Positions 1 to 8,809 of a stretch of DNA of 64,000 nucleotides are shown piece by piece. The position numbers and the translations under genes are program-made. This stretch comes from Minisyncoccota bacterium (GTDB lineage Bacteria; Patescibacteriota; Minisyncoccia; Phycocordibacterales; UBA9973), in the NCBI GenBank assembly GCA_041675085.1, contig JBAYUN010000001.1, positions 170,364 to 234,363 of the forward strand, read 5' to 3'. The notes under the pieces are model-generated. The model was not told the origin of the DNA, ran no database searches, and saw only the letters and a list, made by a program, of their open reading frames with translations. Positions within the stretch are counted from its first letter, which is position 1. Every line of letters starts with the position of its first letter.

Positions 1-693
1 GAGTTCTGTTATCTCAGGATCCGGCATAAATTCTTTCTTGCGAACTCTATCATAAGCAATCTTGCGAGCTAGTCTCTCGGCTTCACGGACTGTGATTTTC
101 TTGTAAACAATTTCTTTAAATAATACGAGTTGTTCTTCGGGATGATCAGCGAGCATTAGTATCGGACGAGTATGACCTTCACTTATTTTACCTTCGGAAA
201 GAGCATTCAATACTTCTTCAGGTAAAGATAATATTCTCAAAGAGTTAGATACATACTCACGACTGCGACCCATTTTCTTTGCGACTTCAGCATGAGTGAA
301 TTTAAATTCACTAACTAAACGAAAAAAGGCTCGCGCGCGGTCAACAGCATTCAAATCTTCACGTTGCAAGTTCTCAAGGATAGCGAGTTCGAGCTTCATC
401 AAAGAACTATCACCTACGCGGATGATTACAGGCACTTGTAAGACTTGAGCAATCTTAGAAGCACGCAGACGTCTCTCTCCAGCAATGAGTTCGTATTCAG
501 TGACGAGTCCACCATCTGCTTTTTCTTTCTCCACACGAGATACAGTCAGAGGTTGAAGGACGCCATATTGTTTTATAGAGTCAGCTAATTCTAAAAGTCT
601 AGCTTCGTCGAATTCACGACGGGGTTGATAAGGGTTCGGTTTGATTTTATCAGTTTCGATCCAGAAAATTGAATTGGAATATAAATTAGACAT
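1..693 (-). CDS. parB: ParB/Spo0J partition protein (3' end outside window)
   Basis: Manual translation from ATG 693: MSNLYSNSIFWIETDKIKPNPYQPRREFDE...GVLQPL...YELIAGERRLRA (ParB NPYQPR and GERRxRA motifs); not in ORF track because it runs off the edge. Confidence 0.93.
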   Translation of the reverse strand, partial: MSNLYSNSIFWIETDKIKPNPYQPRREFDEARLLELADSIKQYGVLQPLTVSRVEKEKADGGLVTEYELIAGERRLRASKIAQVLQVPVIIRVGDSSLMKLELAILENLQREDLNAVDRARAFFRLVSEFKFTHAEVAKKMGRSREYVSNSLRILSLPEEVLNALSEGKISEGHTRPILMLADHPEEQLVLFKEIVYKKITVREAERLARKIAYDRVRKKEFMPDPEITEL

Positions 694-798
694 AGATTGA
701 TTTTAGCATAAATATTTTATTTTTTATAATATGGCAATCTGTGAATAAAAAGTGTAAAAGTTGAATAAAAAATTAAAAAATAGTATTATAAACTCATT

Positions 799-880
799 GC
801 CCGGGTGGCGGAATTGGTAGACGCGCACGACTCAAAATCGTGTATCGTAAGGTGTGAGAGTTCGATTCTCTCCCCGGGCA
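799..880 (+). tRNA. tRNA-Leu(CAA)
   Basis: GCCCGGG/CCCGGGC acceptor stem, CACGA-CT-CAA-AA-TCGTG anticodon arm, long variable arm, GTTCGATT T-loop. Confidence 0.95.
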
Positions 881-888
881 CAAATAAT

Positions 889-2217
889 ATGAAAAAAAAT
901 AACACATATAGTTCGATAGATTTCGAGGTAAATGGAGGTACTAAATTGTCTGGTAGTATTACAACTAATTTTTCTAAAAATGGTTCTGTGGGATTGCTAT
1001 GTGCTTCACTTTTGAACCGTGGCAATACTACACTCCACGGTATCGCTCGCATCGAAGAGGTTTATAGAGTTATAGAAATCCTAGAGAGCATAGGAGTCAA
1101 AGTAAAATGGATCAAACAAAATTCTGTAAGAATAACTCCTCCAGAAGTTTTTGATCTTAAAAATATCAACATAGAATCTGCTATCAAAACCCGTTCAGTT
1201 ATCATGTTGATAGGTCCAGTGATTCATTATTTAAAATCTTTCTCTCTACCTCACGCTTCTGGTTGCAATCTCGGTAAACGCACCATATCGGCTCATACAT
1301 ATGCATTAGAAGAAGTCGGTATCAAAATCAAAACTACAAACAATAGCTATGATGTAAGTGCAAAGAAATTAAAACCCGCTGACCTTGTCATGTATGAAGC
1401 TGGAGATACTGCTTGTGAGAATATCCTAACTGCTTGTGCTTTGATAGACGGAGTAAGTACTATCAGATTCGCTAGCGCCAACTACATGGTCCAAGAAATA
1501 TGTTTCTTCTTGGAAACTTTGGGAGTTAAAGTCGATGGTATTGGTTCGTCTACTTTAGTGGTACATGGTATCAAAGAAATAAATAAAGATATCGAATACA
1601 CAAACAGTGAAGACCCTATCGAATCTATGATGTTTATCTCTGCGGCTATTGTCACAGATTCAAAGCTCACCATCACTCGTGCTCCGATAGATTTCTTGTC
1701 TTTAGAATTAGAAAAATTAAAAAAGATGGGGCTCAAGTACAAAATCACTAAACAATATTTTTCATACAATGGACGCACTAAACTCGTTGATTTAGAAATA
1801 CTACCTTCTAAATTAATAGCCCTAGAAGACAAGATTCATGCAAATCCATACCCAGGCATAAATATGGACAATCTTCCCTTCTTTGCGCCGATAGCAGTCA
1901 AAGCCAAAGGGGCTACCATGATCCATGATTGGGTCTATGAGAACCGTGCAATATACTTTACCGAACTCAATCGCCTCGGTGCCAACGTCACATTAGCTGA
2001 TCCTCATCGTGTATATATCCAAGGAGGTACAGTCTTAAAACCTGCTCAAGTCGTCTGTCCGCCGGCATTACGCCCTTCTATGGTGATACTTATCGCTATG
2101 CTTGGAGCTAAAGGTGTCTCTATGCTTCGCAACGTTTATATGATCAATCGTGGCTATGAAGAAATAGCAGAAAGATTGAACTCAATAGGAGCTGATATAA
2201 AAATCATCAAGAATTAA
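889..2217 (+). CDS. murA: UDP-N-acetylglucosamine 1-carboxyvinyltransferase
   Basis: SKNG, GCNLGKR catalytic Cys loop, PYPG, YENR, RGYE motifs; start moved to ATG 889 because the listed 805 start lies inside the tRNA. Confidence 0.92.
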   Translation: MKKNNTYSSIDFEVNGGTKLSGSITTNFSKNGSVGLLCASLLNRGNTTLHGIARIEEVYRVIEILESIGVKVKWIKQNSVRITPPEVFDLKNINIESAIKTRSVIMLIGPVIHYLKSFSLPHASGCNLGKRTISAHTYALEEVGIKIKTTNNSYDVSAKKLKPADLVMYEAGDTACENILTACALIDGVSTIRFASANYMVQEICFFLETLGVKVDGIGSSTLVVHGIKEINKDIEYTNSEDPIESMMFISAAIVTDSKLTITRAPIDFLSLELEKLKKMGLKYKITKQYFSYNGRTKLVDLEILPSKLIALEDKIHANPYPGINMDNLPFFAPIAVKAKGATMIHDWVYENRAIYFTELNRLGANVTLADPHRVYIQGGTVLKPAQVVCPPALRPSMVILIAMLGAKGVSMLRNVYMINRGYEEIAERLNSIGADIKIIKN

Positions 2218-2234
2218 TTTTAGAAATTCTACAA

Positions 2235-3101
2235 ATGAAAGAAAAAGTTATTGTAATACTAGGACCAACGGCTATTGGGAAAAGTTCTTTAGCTGTTAAA
2301 ATCGCTCATCTTTATAATGGCGAAGTTATTTCGGCTGATTCACGGCAAGTTTATAAATATCTAGATATTGGTACGGGGAAAATAAGCCCAAAAGAGATGA
2401 ACGGTATTCCCCATTATGGATTAGATTTAGTAAGTCCAAAGAAAACTTATAGTGTAGTTTTATATCAAAAATACGCTCTAAAGAAAATCAAAGATATACT
2501 CAAACGAGGCAAGACTCCTATCATCTGCGGAGGGACAGGATTCTATATTGATGCTGTTACTCAAAACCTCATCTTGCCTACCGTACCTGCGAATCTAATA
2601 TTAAGAAAAGAATTAAATAAAAATAGCACCGAAGAGAATTATAAAATCTTAGTATCTTTAGATAAAGAGCGAGCTAATAATATTGACGCCAAGAACAACG
2701 TACGACTTATCCGAGCGATAGAGATAGCCAAAGTCTTAGGTAAAGTCCCCTCCTTGGCGGTCGAACCGCCAAGTGAAAGTAAATATGAATTTATTAAAAT
2801 AGGTCTGACTCTACCTCAAGAAGATTTATATAAAAACATAGAAAAGCGAGTAAAGATAATGTTTAAGTCTGGACTACTAAGTGAGATAGAAACATTAAAA
2901 AAAATGAAGATAAGTACAGATAAACTCCGCGAATTTGGCTTTGAATATTTCAATCCTACTTTAGAATCTGTAACTTCAGGATCAAAAAAATACGCCAAAC
3001 GTCAGGTGACTTGGTTTAAAAGAGACAAAGAGATAAATTGGTTTGAACCCAAAAATTTAAAAGAAATTAAAAAATTAATAAATCAAAAACTAAAGTCTTA
3101 A
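2235..3101 (+). CDS. miaA: tRNA dimethylallyltransferase
   Basis: GPTAIGKS P-loop, SADSRQVY, DIGTGK, GGTGFY, YAKRQVTWF. Confidence 0.95.
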   Translation: MKEKVIVILGPTAIGKSSLAVKIAHLYNGEVISADSRQVYKYLDIGTGKISPKEMNGIPHYGLDLVSPKKTYSVVLYQKYALKKIKDILKRGKTPIICGGTGFYIDAVTQNLILPTVPANLILRKELNKNSTEENYKILVSLDKERANNIDAKNNVRLIRAIEIAKVLGKVPSLAVEPPSESKYEFIKIGLTLPQEDLYKNIEKRVKIMFKSGLLSEIETLKKMKISTDKLREFGFEYFNPTLESVTSGSKKYAKRQVTWFKRDKEINWFEPKNLKEIKKLINQKLKS

Positions 3102-3115
3102 CTCATTCTCATTTT

Positions 3116-3715
3116 TTATTTATTTTTTGCTTTTTTATTTTTAATTAATTCTACGAATATCGGAACGATAGACAACAAGACAACAACTATCACTACGACG
3201 TGCATATAATCTTTAATACCAGGGAAAACATGGCCAAAGAAATATCCTACCAAGGTTACAGTAGTAGACCAGAGTAAAGAACCAAAGAAACTATATTTCA
3301 AAAACAATAAATAATTCATACGCGCGACTCCAGCTCCAATAGGAGTAAAAGTTCTTACAATAGGCACAAAACGAGATAATACAATGGCCACACGCCCATA
3401 TTTTTCAAAAAAGACTCGAGCTTGCTCGATATTTTTTTCTTTTAAAACTAATCGAAAAAAACTATACTTTCGGAGGTTTGGTAAATATACACCTATCTCA
3501 TACCCTACTACTGCCCCAAAAAAAGTACTAATAAATATCAGAGCAATGACTACATAAATATCCAAAAATCCTGACGCTGCAAAAAGCCCTACAGTAAAGA
3601 GCAAAGAATCTCCAGGCAAAGCAAAGAATATTCCTGATTCTAGAAATACAACTGTAAAAATCCCTACATAACCGTAAGTCTCTAGCAGATAATTTATATT
3701 AAATAATTCAAGCAT
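3116..3715 (-). CDS. DedA family membrane protein
   Basis: FLESG..LPGDSLLF, SRFVPIVRTF motifs. Confidence 0.9.
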   Translation of the reverse strand: MLELFNINYLLETYGYVGIFTVVFLESGIFFALPGDSLLFTVGLFAASGFLDIYVVIALIFISTFFGAVVGYEIGVYLPNLRKYSFFRLVLKEKNIEQARVFFEKYGRVAIVLSRFVPIVRTFTPIGAGVARMNYLLFLKYSFFGSLLWSTTVTLVGYFFGHVFPGIKDYMHVVVIVVVLLSIVPIFVELIKNKKAKNK

Positions 3716-3717
3716 TG

Positions 3718-4386
3718 TTAAATTTTAAAAGGATTAAAATCTGTCTTTTCGTCATAATAATCCTCACTCTCAGTACGCTTGAGAAAAGCTACAACTTTAT
3801 AAGTGACTGGAGTAAACAATACCTCAATCAAAGTTTTAAAAATATAATTTGAAATTATTAGAGTCAAAAGAAGTGATGAAGGCAAAATACCAACGAAAGC
3901 TATAAGTATAAATAAACTACTATCGACTAATTCTCCGACTACTGTCGAACCGATAGTTCTCGCCCAGAGCTTTTTACCACCTGACCAGATTTTCATTTTA
4001 GCGAGCACAAAAGCATTTGAAAAAGAACCGAGAGTATAAGCCACTAGACTAGCGAGTACAATACGAGGAGTGAGTCCCAAGATCTTGTCGTAAGCTTCTT
4101 GATTGCCCCAGTCTGAAGCCGCAGGTAGAGCTCCCACGATTATAAATACCAAAGACATAAGTAAAGCCATAAAGAACCCAAGCCAGATAACTTGTTTGGA
4201 TTTCTTGTATCCATAAACTTCAGTCAAAATATCACCAAAAATATAAGAAAGAGGGAAAAGTAAAGTCCCAGCATCAAAAGTAAAAATCCCAAAATCTACT
4301 ATCTTTGTCGAAGCGACGTTGGATATCAAAAGCACCGACACAAAGAATACAGAAATAATTCCTAAATATTTATAATTTTTATCCAT
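3718..4386 (-). CDS. VUT family (YhhQ-like) queuosine precursor transporter
   Basis: FPLSYIFGDILTEVYG, RIVLASLVAY, ST.VGELVDS motifs; multiple TM helices. Confidence 0.85.
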   Translation of the reverse strand: MDKNYKYLGIISVFFVSVLLISNVASTKIVDFGIFTFDAGTLLFPLSYIFGDILTEVYGYKKSKQVIWLGFFMALLMSLVFIIVGALPAASDWGNQEAYDKILGLTPRIVLASLVAYTLGSFSNAFVLAKMKIWSGGKKLWARTIGSTVVGELVDSSLFILIAFVGILPSSLLLTLIISNYIFKTLIEVLFTPVTYKVVAFLKRTESEDYYDEKTDFNPFKI

Positions 4387-4397
4387 ATAAAATAGTT

Positions 4398-4970
4398 TTA
4401 TCTTCTACCTAATAAATAATCTGATAACTCACCTATCCCTATTTTTTCTTTTGAAGAATATGGAAAAACTCTATGACCGTAAAGCATATCTTCTATTTTC
4501 TTGAGCTGGTTTTTGTATTGGGAATTTTTAATTTTATCTACTTTGTTAGCTACTACGACTATCTCCCTACCTGCTTCTTCAAGAGATCGTATCATGCCGA
4601 GGTCGTCTTTGGTCGGACCTATCTCGCCATCAATAATAACCACAACGATAGGGTCATGATGTGAATCAAAAAGATACCAATACAAGAGCTTGTTGATACT
4701 TTTCCATTTTTCAAAAGAAGTCTTAGCGAAACCGTATCCAGGCAAATCAATAAAATACACAGAATTATTGATTTTAAAAATATTTAATTCTTGAGTTCTA
4801 CCTGGAGTACTACTAGTGCGAGCGAGATTTTTAACTCCAGTAAAAGAATTAATCAAGCTTGATTTACCAGCATTTGATCTCCCAATAAAAGCCACCTGAG
4901 GCACTCCGTCGTCTAGCATATCGTTGCTACCTTTGACTCCTCTTAAAAATACAGCTGATTTAATCTTCAT
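4398..4970 (-). CDS. engB: Ribosome biogenesis GTPase YihA/YsxC
   Basis: GRSNAGKSS, PGRT, DLPGYG, NKVD. Confidence 0.93.
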   Translation of the reverse strand: MKIKSAVFLRGVKGSNDMLDDGVPQVAFIGRSNAGKSSLINSFTGVKNLARTSSTPGRTQELNIFKINNSVYFIDLPGYGFAKTSFEKWKSINKLLYWYLFDSHHDPIVVVIIDGEIGPTKDDLGMIRSLEEAGREIVVVANKVDKIKNSQYKNQLKKIEDMLYGHRVFPYSSKEKIGIGELSDYLLGRR

Positions 4971-5033
4971 ATAAATATCATAACAAAAAAGCGACCTTTT
5001 GTCGCTTTTTTAAAAAATCTTAATTGTTCCAGA

Positions 5034-5414
5034 TTATTTATTTTTTAATAAATCACGAATCTCTTGCAACAATTCTGTTTCTGTTGGACCCGTTGGCGCA
5101 TCGGCTGGTTTTTCTTTTTTCATTTTATTAATCAAAATATTCATAGGCTTAACAACAAAAAAGAATATTGCACCAGCAACCATAACAAAAGAAATTATTA
5201 CATTAATAAAATTTCCATATTTAAAAGTACTACCATTGATAGTAAAATTAAGACTGCTAAAGTCTGGCAATTTTGCAATTGCAGAAATTAAAGGAGTTAA
5301 TAAATCCGCGACCAAAGATGAAACTACCGCACCAAAAGCTGTACCAATAACAACACCCACAGCTAAATCTACAACATTACCTCTTAATAAGAATTGTTTA
5401 AAATCGTTCAACAT
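5034..5414 (-). CDS. mscL: Large-conductance mechanosensitive channel
   Basis: FKQFLLRGNVVDLAVGVVIG; C-terminal LLQEIRDLL. Confidence 0.96.
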   Translation of the reverse strand: MLNDFKQFLLRGNVVDLAVGVVIGTAFGAVVSSLVADLLTPLISAIAKLPDFSSLNFTINGSTFKYGNFINVIISFVMVAGAIFFFVVKPMNILINKMKKEKPADAPTGPTETELLQEIRDLLKNK

Positions 5415-5461
5415 AAAGTTTTAAATTATTTATAATAAATACATTATACACTTTTTTATAA

Positions 5462-5608
5462 ATAAAAAAAGCCCATATCACTTATAAAGTAATACGGGCT
5501 TCGGGGTCAAAACAAAAATTTAAAGAACTTTTTTTAAAATCAGGTCCACCGGCGTGGACCTGAACTCTTGTAAAAAGAGCGAAAAAAGAGCGATGGGTGC
5601 TTATGTAT
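5462..5608 (-). ncRNA. Candidate small non-coding RNA (~140 nt)
   Basis: Minus-strand TTGACT-17-TATATT promoter (5639-5611), GC hairpin CAGGTCCAC/GTGGACCTG (5541-5562), terminator hairpin plus U-tract (5500-5464); no ORF seen. Confidence 0.45.
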
Positions 5609-5678
5609 AAAATATATACTAAATGAAATTTAAAGTCAAGCTTTAGACTCAAAACCATTAATTTGACAAAAAGTATCT

Positions 5679-6413
5679 TTATTTAATTTTTAGATTGACT
5701 ACTTTATTTTCTACAACTTCATAACTAAAATCTCTTTTTTCTTGCACGTGTCCATCTTCATATACCAGAGACCCAGAGTTAATAGCTAAATCCAAATCCA
5801 TAGAGACTACGTAAAATTTCCCACCCAATACAGGAGATACAGGAGAAAGTTCATTGATATTTTTCCACAAGATTTCTTCGACTGCCTCTCTCTCGTCTAA
5901 ATCACTACATGAGTAATCACGCAAAGTAGTAGAATAATCCACCTTTGTTAAATCTTCATAAGAGTAAGATCCATCAGGATTTTCTTTCATAGCTCCAAAA
6001 CCAATACTTGCATCCCCTTCACCAAAGATAATTCTCAATTGAGATTTCTCTGTCCTACCCTCACCTTCACGAGTCCAGACTGAATCTATGGTTCTACTCA
6101 TAGAATACCTATCTACAGGGGTCACAGAACCTTCAAAACTACCCAAAGACGCGTCTTTCTCAGCTGGCAAGATCTTTAGGTATCCTGTCACAGTTTGATT
6201 TGTATTGTCCAAATTCATTCTTAGGGTAAATTTATCATAAAATCCACTTTCTTGTTTTTCTCCAAATTTTGCAAAACAAAGTGATATAGGTTCTACTACA
6301 GAGACTTCTTCTAAAGGCTCATCTGCTAAAGGAATATTTCCTTTATTTTGAAATACAAAAATAGCAACCAAAATTAACAATAAAGCGATAAGCAAATAAA
6401 ATATTTTTTTCAT
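5679..6413 (-). CDS. Secreted or membrane-anchored hypothetical protein
   Basis: 244-aa ORF with N-terminal hydrophobic helix. Confidence 0.75.
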   Translation of the reverse strand: MKKIFYLLIALLLILVAIFVFQNKGNIPLADEPLEEVSVVEPISLCFAKFGEKQESGFYDKFTLRMNLDNTNQTVTGYLKILPAEKDASLGSFEGSVTPVDRYSMSRTIDSVWTREGEGRTEKSQLRIIFGEGDASIGFGAMKENPDGSYSYEDLTKVDYSTTLRDYSCSDLDEREAVEEILWKNINELSPVSPVLGGKFYVVSMDLDLAINSGSLVYEDGHVQEKRDFSYEVVENKVVNLKIK

Positions 6414-6441
6414 ACTACTATTATAGTATAATTAGACCCAT

Positions 6442-6930
6442 ATGAAAACAAACAAAGGTTTTATGACAATAATCATAAGTATTATCGTCCTGACTAGTAT
6501 CGGAGGATTTCTATATTATCAAAATACGCAAAAAATAAATTCTACTGATGAGACAAATCTAGATTCAAACTCCACAATATTAATAGAGACTCAAAACTCA
6601 AATCTTGCACCGAAAGAGATTTTTATTAGAAGAATCACAGAGACAAATAATGCTAAAAATTTTGAAGAAGCTTTAGAAGTTATAAAAAAGTACGATACTA
6701 AAATCCAGATAGTGGAAAACAATTATGAAAATGCAAGCCCAGAAAAGAAACAAGCTCTATACACAATACTCCAAGGATTATTCCCTTCGATTGGAGATTT
6801 AAAAAATATTACTGAAGTTATCGAGAACGACAAAGCCAAAGTCACAGCCGAAACAAAAGACGGCGAAATAACTGCAGACTTTATCAAAGAAGAAGGTAAT
6901 TGGAAAATTTCTGACTTGTACGGATTTTAG
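6442..6930 (+). CDS. Membrane-anchored hypothetical protein, prepilin-like KGF N-terminus
   Basis: MKTNKGF plus hydrophobic helix; C-terminal FIKEEGNWKI suggests NTF2-like fold. Confidence 0.65.
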   Translation: MKTNKGFMTIIISIIVLTSIGGFLYYQNTQKINSTDETNLDSNSTILIETQNSNLAPKEIFIRRITETNNAKNFEEALEVIKKYDTKIQIVENNYENASPEKKQALYTILQGLFPSIGDLKNITEVIENDKAKVTAETKDGEITADFIKEEGNWKISDLYGF

Positions 6931-6953
6931 AATTTTTCAAAATTCATAAATAA

Positions 6954-6990
6954 AAAAGAGGTTTCGATTATAATTAATCGAAACCTCTTT
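6954..6990. terminator. Bidirectional intrinsic terminator
   Basis: AAAAGAGGTTTCGATTA / TAATCGAAACCTCTTTT inverted repeat between convergent genes. Confidence 0.85.
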
Positions 6991-6995
6991 TGTTT

Positions 6996-7475
6996 TTAGA
7001 TATATTCCTTGCCATTCCAAACAGCAAACCTATATCCTTTAGTGTCCAAGAACTCTTCAAATAAACTAATAGACTTATCCCCAACACCTCTAAAACCTTC
7101 AAATTTTTTACGTTGCCACAATAAAGCTTCTTTTAGTTTTAAGTTTTTATTATTAAAAAAAAGTTCCATTCTGTTACAGAACTGATTGACAGCTTTATAA
7201 CTATCTTTGTTAACATTTTTTACAGTCAACCTGAATTCATCGACAATATCAAGAAATTCTACTAAGCCTGCTCGCTCTAGCATAGAATTAAAATCTGCAG
7301 TTTTTTTCTTAGAAAGTTTTTTATAAAAATTAAAAGTTACCTTTATATGATTAGGTAAATTTGAGTTTGTAAAATATTCTTTCTTTATATCAGCTTTCTC
7401 ATCTAATATAGAAAGTAATTCATCTTTGCTAATACTCACCACGGTAGGCTTTCCTGCTTTCTTACTAACTTCCAT
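6996..7475 (-). CDS. Orphan protein with C-terminal RNAP alpha-CTD-like (HhH) domain
   Basis: RKKFEGFRGVGDKSISLFEEFLDTKG resembles the alpha-CTD of RpoA in this window (REDLLEVEGIGEKGITEIKKVLTKFG). Confidence 0.6.
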   Translation of the reverse strand: MEVSKKAGKPTVVSISKDELLSILDEKADIKKEYFTNSNLPNHIKVTFNFYKKLSKKKTADFNSMLERAGLVEFLDIVDEFRLTVKNVNKDSYKAVNQFCNRMELFFNNKNLKLKEALLWQRKKFEGFRGVGDKSISLFEEFLDTKGYRFAVWNGKEYI

Positions 7476-7655
7476 TATTTATTCTTTTTTAAAATGTGAC
7501 GAACAATTTATATCATCCACACCATAACACACATACTTATAAAAGTAAAATATGCTTGGATCTTAAGTGGCGAAAACAATACACAAATTTGACTTATAAT
7601 TTAATTATGGTATCATATAAAAGATATTTATTTTGTACCTCAAAACACACAAAAA

Positions 7656-8150
7656 ATGGGAGCAAGCCTAAAATTCAACAAAGACCAAGTGTCAATCGTA
7701 TTTAGCAATGGAAAAGAATCTATTTTCTTTGAAAGCAAAGAAGAAGCTTTAAATGCTTTAATCGATTGTCACCAAAAATCAAAAATCACAGAGCAAGAAT
7801 TGAACGCGATGGCAACAGAAATAATAAACAGTAGTTTAAAATCGGTACTATTAGAAGAAATGAAAAAAGCTCTTGATCAGATGACAATCATAGTTTCAGC
7901 AAAAAGAAACAAGTCTAATGATGTTTTTGCTAGTTTATGCGGTTGTCGAGGTGCAACGGGAGCCCCTCATGCTTATATATATGACGAAGAGGGAAACCAC
8001 ATAGCACCAACTCCATTTTATTCAAAAATGCAGGGATATGCACACTGTGAAGAGTTATTACAAGATGGCATTATCTCAGAAAAAGAATACATTTCTTTAA
8101 AAAGTGAAATAGATTTACTTAAAATTCCTGAATCACTTCAGGACAATTAA
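7656..8150 (+). CDS. Orphan hypothetical protein with internal duplicated helical motif
   Basis: 164-aa ORF with own promoter (TTGACT 7589; TGGTATCAT) and terminator 8156-8192. Confidence 0.7.
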   Translation: MGASLKFNKDQVSIVFSNGKESIFFESKEEALNALIDCHQKSKITEQELNAMATEIINSSLKSVLLEEMKKALDQMTIIVSAKRNKSNDVFASLCGCRGATGAPHAYIYDEEGNHIAPTPFYSKMQGYAHCEELLQDGIISEKEYISLKSEIDLLKIPESLQDN

Positions 8151-8155
8151 AACAA

Positions 8156-8192
8156 ATAGCTTGAGTTGGAAATTCTACCGACTCAAGCTATT
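8156..8192. terminator. Bidirectional intrinsic terminator
   Basis: AATAGCTTGAGTTGG / CCGACTCAAGCTATT. Confidence 0.8.
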
Positions 8193-8219
8193 TTATTTAA
8201 TGTGTTTATAAGATCGAAA

Positions 8220-8789
8220 TCACCTACCAGAAAACAATATTATATTCTTCATCAAAAATGCACCAAGCATAGCCAACAAAAGTAAAGTCAGATAAACAGA
8301 CAATATTTCCAAATAAGAGTACGGCACTGTTTTTAACATACCTAAAATAATAGTAGTCACCCAAGAAGTCATAGATATAGCTCCGCTAATCATGACAAAA
8401 CTAGATCTGTCTCTAAAAGTTTTAGATTTTGTAAATTCTATCTCTTGATGCTTTTTCAAATGAGGCAAATGAATAGTATGGAAAATAATACCATTGATAA
8501 AGATAATAACCACAATACTAACTTTTACTAGAAATTTTTGAGAATTAGCATAAAAAACAGGATCAGTATAAAAAAGCAAAATTCCAGATATAATCAATAC
8601 CAATAATCCAGTCCAAACAACACTACCTCCAAGTCTCATAAAACGCAGCTCTTCTTTATTAATAATTCCATCTTTCACTGTAGCAAAAAACATAATATCA
8701 CTCATAAAAGCTCCACCTGCACCTAAAATTGCCCCAAAAACATGCAAAATTAAATAGATAGTTTTGATATCCAAAAATTCGGGTAACAT
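8220..8789 (-). CDS. Integral membrane protein (4-5 TM)
   Basis: Hydrophobic ORF with HVFGAILG; ATG 8789 sits 7 nt after TGTTATAAT. Confidence 0.75.
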   Translation of the reverse strand: MLPEFLDIKTIYLILHVFGAILGAGGAFMSDIMFFATVKDGIINKEELRFMRLGGSVVWTGLLVLIISGILLFYTDPVFYANSQKFLVKVSIVVIIFINGIIFHTIHLPHLKKHQEIEFTKSKTFRDRSSFVMISGAISMTSWVTTIILGMLKTVPYSYLEILSVYLTLLLLAMLGAFLMKNIILFSGR

Positions 8790-8809
8790 AAATTTATTAT
8801 AACATAAAA

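Noticed and set aside
805-888. N-terminal extension of MurA in the ORF track
   Set aside because: It is a translation of the tRNA-Leu gene; the real start is ATG 889.
4387-4400. preQ1 riboswitch before the VUT transporter
   Set aside because: Only 11 nt separate it from engB; no recognisable aptamer.
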